Source of the DNA: Oopsacas minuta
Lineage: Eukaryota > Animalia > Porifera
NCBI GenBank assembly: GCA_024704765.1
Contig: JAKMXF010000321.1
Span: 744,001 to 808,000, forward strand
Direction of reading: 5' to 3'
Length of the DNA: 64,000 nt
Shown: positions 57,856-64,000 of the stretch, piece after piece
Position numbering within the stretch: position 1 is the first letter of the stretch
Layout of the letters: each line of letters opens with the position of its first letter
Notes under the pieces: model-generated
What the model was told of the DNA's origin: nothing
The model's input: only the letters and a program-made list of their open reading frames with translations
The model's database searches: none
Position numbers and translations under genes: made by a program

Positions 57856-58895
57856 TCAGGAGTTGCTCCGAACAGGAAAATAATGATCACAAGTATATAT
57901 GTATGTTTGTATCAATGCATTCGTAATATCGTATAAATTGTGAATAATTTGCAAAATGATATTTATTAATGTCAATTATTAGAACAAACTGTATTGCATA
58001 AAACTATTACCAGTTTAGTACATTGATATGTTTGCCGATTTCTCACTTTGTAGATATAGTGAATGGGCCCAACTTGATCAACCTCTATGGTTGTACAGAT
58101 GGTTGTACAGATCACTATTACTTAGTTAAGATATTACATATACTAGTAATATAATCTCACTTATTAAAACTCAGTGATTATTTGTTTTTAGTGCAACTCC
58201 TATAGGGAGATGCCCTAATGGCATGGACAATGTAGGGCGTCGTCCGTCCGCGCGGCCGTGCGAAATCTAGAAGTTTAATTCACATGAAAATTGGCATACA
58301 TATACATTTTGGGTCGGAGATTTGCACCTTGGGTATGAATTTTTCTAGTGACTATTTCACACCTTTTTGGTGATTAACCATATTTTCACACCTTTCTATG
58401 TAAAATACAAAAGCAAGCTAGAGATTAGGTCTCAACATGTTGTAATTGGGTGCGTAGAGTCCGATTTTGAGATTTTGAGAGTCTGAAAGTCATAAATTCA
58501 CAGATTTATCTTAAGAATAATCAAATTTACACAACTTTTTGCATATTATTCAAATTATGCTAGAGATTTCGTTTTACCTGCTAGTATGAGAGTATAATCT
58601 AAGCTAGGATAGTTTAACCTTTTCGGGATATTCTGGGCTAGCCTAGATAACCTCCATCCCCAGGGGATTTAAACTGGGTTGCTACACCGAGATGTTAGAG
58701 ATAGTAAGTGAAATTTTCCGAGGCTGGTGTATCGCGTGATGGTGGCCTGATAACTAATTCACTAGGGCTAACGATTATAGCTAGTGTGAGAAATTATTAT
58801 GGGGTCATATTTCCTTGGATTGGTTTCCGATATGCTAATTATACTGCGAGATCACATTGGGGCAAGCGAAACACTCTGGAGCAGCATCTCGGGAG

Positions 58896-59583
58896 CAAGG
58901 GCGGCGGAAGCACGGGGGCTAGGGGGCTGAGCCCCCCTACTTACCCCTCATATACGTACATTATACTAATTTCAATAATATTAGTAAAGGACATTTCATT
59001 AACTATCTGCGTTAGTGAGTGTCACCAGCCTGGGCATTCAAATGATTACTTCTGTGAATACTGTGTGAGAAATTTTCAATGTCTGTAAGTTTCCAAAACA
59101 ATGTTTTCAGAAGTTGATAAACTTTTGCAGATGTATCTAACTATTCCACTTATATCGGCTATTGCAGAGAGGGCATTTTCAAACCTAAGACGCCTCAAAT
59201 CATATTTGCGTTCAACTAGAACTCAGAAACGCTTGAATCATCTTGTTATCTTATATTACAATCAACAGCAGACTGATAATCTGGATTTCTTGAAAATTGC
59301 TGTCGATTTCACTTCAAGAAACGATAGAAAACAACAGTTCTTTTGGCAATTTTATATAATTTTGCCATTTTACAATACCAATACATAGATATACTTAAAT
59401 GTAGCAAATATTTAGTTTGAATACTAATTGGGATTTTGTGGCCAATCGTAGGACTTAAAATCCTCATAGAATCATAGTCATAGAGTATATATGTCGCCTA
59501 TATATTTCGTTCTCCTATTTAAAGGTGGACATAGTTACACTGGTTAGCCCCTCCCTAGTTTTTATTAGCTTCCGCCGCCACTG
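58896..59583 (+). mobile_element. Internally deleted hAT transposon retaining the transposase C-terminal dimerisation domain
   Basis: TIRs caagggcggcggaagc / gcttccgccgccactg; perfect 8-bp TSD ctcgggag (58888-58895, 59584-59591); ORF 59101-59388 LLQMYLTIP..SA.AERAFS.LRRLKSYLRST..QKRLNHL. Confidence 0.9.
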
Positions 59584-61590
59584 CTCGGGAGTCCATACGC
59601 TCTGAATGCACAAGTGGCGGTGTCTTATCCTAAAACATATAGTTTATTACTTTGGGAGATGTATTTGGGAGGTTACTGTAACGTCCTGTCCCGTCCTTCC
59701 GTATCTACATTTCGGGACCTTGATCTAAACGGCTACAAAGGGGGTTCATCTTACAAAATAATCCAATAATATATATGCCATATGCGTATATTTGTGAATT
59801 ATATTGTTCAATTTGGAGAATAATAGATACCTCGAGGCGGAATGCGCCGAGTTGATCGCGAAGTGACGAGCCAAAGGCTCGTTTATTATTCTATGTAGAT
59901 CACTCACCACATAATCTTGTTTATATCATCGCGATATCACTCTAATAATTAGGAATTAATTAATATATATAACTTACAAGCCTTTGGCTCGCCGCTTTGT
60001 GATGAACTCACCGCATTGCGCCTCGAGCTATTCAACAGACAAACAAACAACAATTGAGATTTAATAATATTGATGTTGTTTACAATATTCAGACTTAGCA
60101 TACTTGAGTATACCAGTATAGTCGTTGAAAGTATGATTCTACCTCAATTTTTAGAAGTTTGTTTACTTTATATTCATAACAACAACAATAATTTTACATA
60201 TGATTAATCCAAAAGCGTGAAAATGGGATTCCGGATGCTCGATATATTTAGTGAAGTTTTATTGAATTCTTATTACTACCTTCATAAACACCACAAATCA
60301 TTGAAATATTGATCTATTAACAATTTTGCAATTTTATGCCTTGTTAATTTGAGGCACGAAGTGCTGAGTCTCAGCGAACACAAAGTGTTCGCAAGCGGCT
60401 CGTGTTATCTGAAATGAGAAATTATCGTTGGAACCATTTGGATTGGTGGGTAGCTGCCTTACCAAATACAGATACAAATATTAACTCAACCGAAAAATGA
60501 TAACATTCGGTTTCGATCAACCGAACACTTCGAATATGGATATTTGGTTGTCAACCAAATCACTGAAATTTAACAGCGTACTCGTTTGCTAGATAGAATG
60601 TTTAATCTTTTCAAACAATGTAGACTTACAAATCGTGGGGCATTAACAACAATATTAGTAAACGACAATACCAGCAGTAATCTTAAATTCTCCCAAGTCC
60701 CAACAACATAACATAATCTGATAGAGCGAGTAGTTATAGGAAAGCCATTAGTGGTGGATATCTATATATATCTCAGAAAATCTAGTCCATTGACAACTAG
60801 ACATTCTGTATTTGATATTTTAGTAAGCATTCAGAATGGAACATAGATAACTCATCTGAGATTGTTGCAGCTCTATGCATACTACGCTACGTGTATAGAA
60901 TGACTAACACAGATGTAGAGCACAAATTATGCACATAACCTCTTGTATGTTGTTATAGCCACACTCAGATCACATTGACTATTTTGAAGAACATTTTAAG
61001 AGAAAATTGTTTCTCCTATAGGCTTCTTAAGACCCGTTACAAGTTCGATTTAATGATTATAGTTGGTTAAAATAGGATAAACATTTAATACATACTCTTA
61101 ACAATTAATCTTAATTCATAGTGGTATCATTAAACACTGTAGCTACAGTACTGGAATGGAATAATTCACAGTACCGGTACCAGGGATCAGAAAACACCAT
61201 TGAAACATACAATAGTGAAGCATCATCAACTGAAACGAAGGAAAATTCCATCAATAAGGAAGCAAAAAACAAAATACGCATACCTGATTCACAATAATTC
61301 CGTTACCTGTACGGCAAGGTCAATTTACACGATCCCGATACCTGTACTGTAGAATTGAATTAATTGATTAATGAGATTATACCCTGTATTCATGCTCTAA
61401 ACTTGCCCCCTGCTACCAACTGGTCAGATCCTGTTACCACTACTAATAATATAGTATGTTATGTTGTTATATAACATTTTGTATAATATTCGCATTATCA
61501 ATCCGTTTGGAATATCAAATTTCTATTTACTTGCATTCTACTCATAATTGATCAATTGAATTCATAACCCCAACTAGCTATAATTATATT

Positions 61591-61902
61591 ATGTCTGCAT
61601 CACACACAATTCTATTAGTCCAGCCTAAGAAACGGACAGAGTCTTGTACATACAGTGACTACGAGTCTGTACAAGAATGTCTTGAGGGTGTGTGTAAGAT
61701 GTTTGAGGAACATCTCAAACAAATCAACCCTCACTCACCCAGCATAACCTATGACATCAATCAACTATTCAAATTTATTAACAATCTCGTAGACCTGACC
61801 TGTCTCGTGCTAGAGAAGTCAACTGGTACTTATGTACCACACAATAAGGATTGGATTAAAGAGAAGATCTATGTAATGTTAAGACAACAAGCAGGACAGT
61901 AA
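61591..61902 (+). CDS. ERH: Enhancer of rudimentary homolog, copy 2 (103 aa)
   Basis: Differs from copy 1 at two residues (TYSDY vs TYCDY; VLEKS vs VLQKS). Confidence 0.95.
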   Translation: MSASHTILLVQPKKRTESCTYSDYESVQECLEGVCKMFEEHLKQINPHSPSITYDINQLFKFINNLVDLTCLVLEKSTGTYVPHNKDWIKEKIYVMLRQQAGQ

Positions 61903-62969
61903 GGAATTACATCGACATATACATGTTTACACAATGTAATACACTAGATTGTTGTCGTTTGTATTGTTGTTATTGTTTCAGCAGGTGTCACATAGCTGCT
62001 GTATTAGTCTATCATTTTGTCAGATTCCTTATTTTCCCAGATTATCTGCTGTAATAATAACTTTATGTTTGTATTTGTCTATTATAATTAATCTCATTAA
62101 ATCATTGAATATTCCAGAAGTGTCTGCTATAAACATAGAAACTATCTAAAATACTAATATAGTACACTTCATTATTGGATCACATCAAACATAAAAACGC
62201 GGAAAATGGTTTTGGATTCATTAAAACTCAGGTTGATGTAAGTAATTGGTAGTTCTATTAAGCTGAGCTATTATATTCTCTTGCAGACCATTAACCGCTA
62301 CTCATTTTTTGGACCGCGCTGCCGCCCAGGAATGTAGCGTACCCCCAAATGTAAGAGAATTTATCACACCTATCCTTTTGATTCTCTTCTTTCCCTTATC
62401 TATTTGTTAATGCTAACGTTTGAAGTCACATACTACTTTAATCATATGTACATACCTTCTATTAGTTCTATTCAAGGTATAAGAATGTCCAGCCGATAGG
62501 CTGGTAGTGCAGTTCTAGCCAATTTTGTACCCAACTTCCAATCCAGCCGTCGAAGCCATTTCTCTAGCATCGTTTGAATATTCGTGAAAAGGTCAAAATG
62601 CGATTAATCATGCAGATATGGAATTGAATTTGACGGACCGTCGTGCATACTGTCCATGTCATTCGGACATCCCCCTGGGGAGCTCCACTAAACCTCGACC
62701 TGAATTTAGAAAATTCCTGAAGCTACTGAAACAGGAAATTCTGACTAAAGACGAAATTTGACTACAACTATAGCTATTTGAACACCATTAATACTAACAA
62801 TAATAAGAAGTAAGCCAAATACAAATATTTATAAAGTAGAGAGCTGAAAAATATCCAAATATACATAAACATCCATTATCCTAATATGATGATAGATAGA
62901 TACAAGAGTCCTAAGTACGCTAATTAGGCCTAAAGCCTCACCGCTAAACTAACAAGATAAGATAAAATG

Positions 62970-64000
62970 TCAATGCATTTCGGAGTCAATGAAAATACGT
63001 AGAATAGCATTATCAACCTGTTCTTTAGAAACTTCCTGAAGATTTCCAATCAGATCTCCCAATTCAGTTTTCATCACTTGTTCAAACTTGGACAATTTCT
63101 TTCCAGTATTTATTCCATAATACTTGATTTGGAATTCTTTCATTCTGGCCCAGACATCTCTTTGCCAATCAAACAGACACTTGGTACCATGATTACAACA
63201 ACAACAGTTTGATTTATCACTCATTTTATTATGTCGATTGTAATTCGGAAAGTCTCCATGTGGTGGTGCGTCGAATATATGGATGATTATGTTTCTATTT
63301 TGGGTATGAGTATTCCATTTACATTTAGTGGCTGCAGTCGCTAGACCATCCAATGCTGCTTCTGGATAGTCTCCACCACCAGTAGCCTTAACTTCTTTAA
63401 GAAATTGTTGAATTTCTTCGTGTTGTGAAGTAAAGTTGTTTCCAATCGGAAACATTTCAACAACTGTCTCATCACAGTGATCACGATAGATAACGACTTT
63501 AAAATTTGACATACTTCCTCTTTGTTTGTAGTTGTTAATGAATTTTTTAACAGATTTTCTTGCCTTTTTGATATCTGTATGCATGGATCCAGTTCCATCA
63601 ATAACGAAACAGATATTGTAGTCAAACGAAGATGGCGAATTGTAAATATCATCAACAGAAGTATATTGTGTATATTTCATTTCTATTCCTTTTTGTGCGT
63701 AGTAATGTATGATTGCTTTACCAAACCTATCCCAGATTCGTTCCATTTTTTCTTGATTACTTCGCTGTAAAGCTAGAAACCTATATTCCTTAGGGAGTTC
63801 CCAGTTCCAATCCATTTTAGACTTTTCTTTGAACTGACCCCAATTTAACATTTTACCGTGTAGAATAAGTTCAGTATCTTCTTTATAGTCGTCACAAGTG
63901 AATAATACTACAGATTTATCCCTGTCATCCTTCCACACCTTACCCCCCATTGAACACATTTGGTGACCAGTCTTTATCTGACATTTCCCATCGTTTGGAT
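62970..64000 (-). CDS. 3' end of second VLIG-VWA gene (5' part outside window), VWA domain complete
   Basis: Continuous ORF homologous to 32464-33357 and reading through the junction that is frameshifted in copy 1; supplies the final ~45 aa missing in the gap. Confidence 0.88.
   Translation of the reverse strand, partial: PNDGKCQIKTGHQMCSMGGKVWKDDRDKSVVLFTCDDYKEDTELILHGKMLNWGQFKEKSKMDWNWELPKEYRFLALQRSNQEKMERIWDRFGKAIIHYYAQKGIEMKYTQYTSVDDIYNSPSSFDYNICFVIDGTGSMHTDIKKARKSVKKFINNYKQRGSMSNFKVVIYRDHCDETVVEMFPIGNNFTSQHEEIQQFLKEVKATGGGDYPEAALDGLATAATKCKWNTHTQNRNIIIHIFDAPPHGDFPNYNRHNKMSDKSNCCCCNHGTKCLFDWQRDVWARMKEFQIKYYGINTGKKLSKFEQVMKTELGDLIGNLQEVSKEQVDNAILRIFIDSEMH

Larger units (their letters stand above)
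60410..64000 (-). repeat. Right arm of inverted segmental duplication (continues past window end)
   Basis: Reverse complement aligns to 32464-35890. Confidence 0.88.

Noticed and set aside
58708-59769. ~120-codon open frame restored when the hAT insertion and one TSD are removed
   Set aside because: No ATG start, no recognisable motif, and its 3' half overlaps a dispersed repeat; probably chance.

Overview
AT-rich, intron-poor eukaryotic (animal-like) scaffold window in the standard genetic code. The gene set and compactness would fit an early-branching metazoan such as a glass sponge, but that is inference only. Left to right: the 3' end of a ferlin gene; a two-exon Dicer-type helicase N-terminal fragment; dynein light chain roadblock; a ~14 kb tandem cluster of an orphan seven-transmembrane family (4 intact ORFs, 5 broken or fragmentary copies, plus a 10th copy 40 kb away); a head-to-head pair of ABCG half-transporters sharing an apparently identical 782-bp inverted NBD tract but divergent membrane domains; a ~6.7 kb very large inducible GTPase (VLIG/GVIN-like) gene fused to a C-terminal VWA domain and split by five single-base frameshifts; a 765-N gap; ERH; two paralogous PH-like proteins with PP1-docking motifs flanking COG4; VPS28, HOP2/PSMC3IP, LRRC20-like and a DIPP-type Nudix hydrolase; a tiny Mind-bomb-repeat + RING protein; a transposon-rich zone; then an inverted second copy of the ERH + VLIG-VWA block running off the right edge. 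The best candidate for an undescribed system is the orphan 7TM family, followed by the ABCG inverted-repeat pair and the VLIG-VWA fusion. Several frameshifts look like single-base consensus errors, so pseudogene calls need checking against reads. All family assignments come from recalled motifs; no database search was run.
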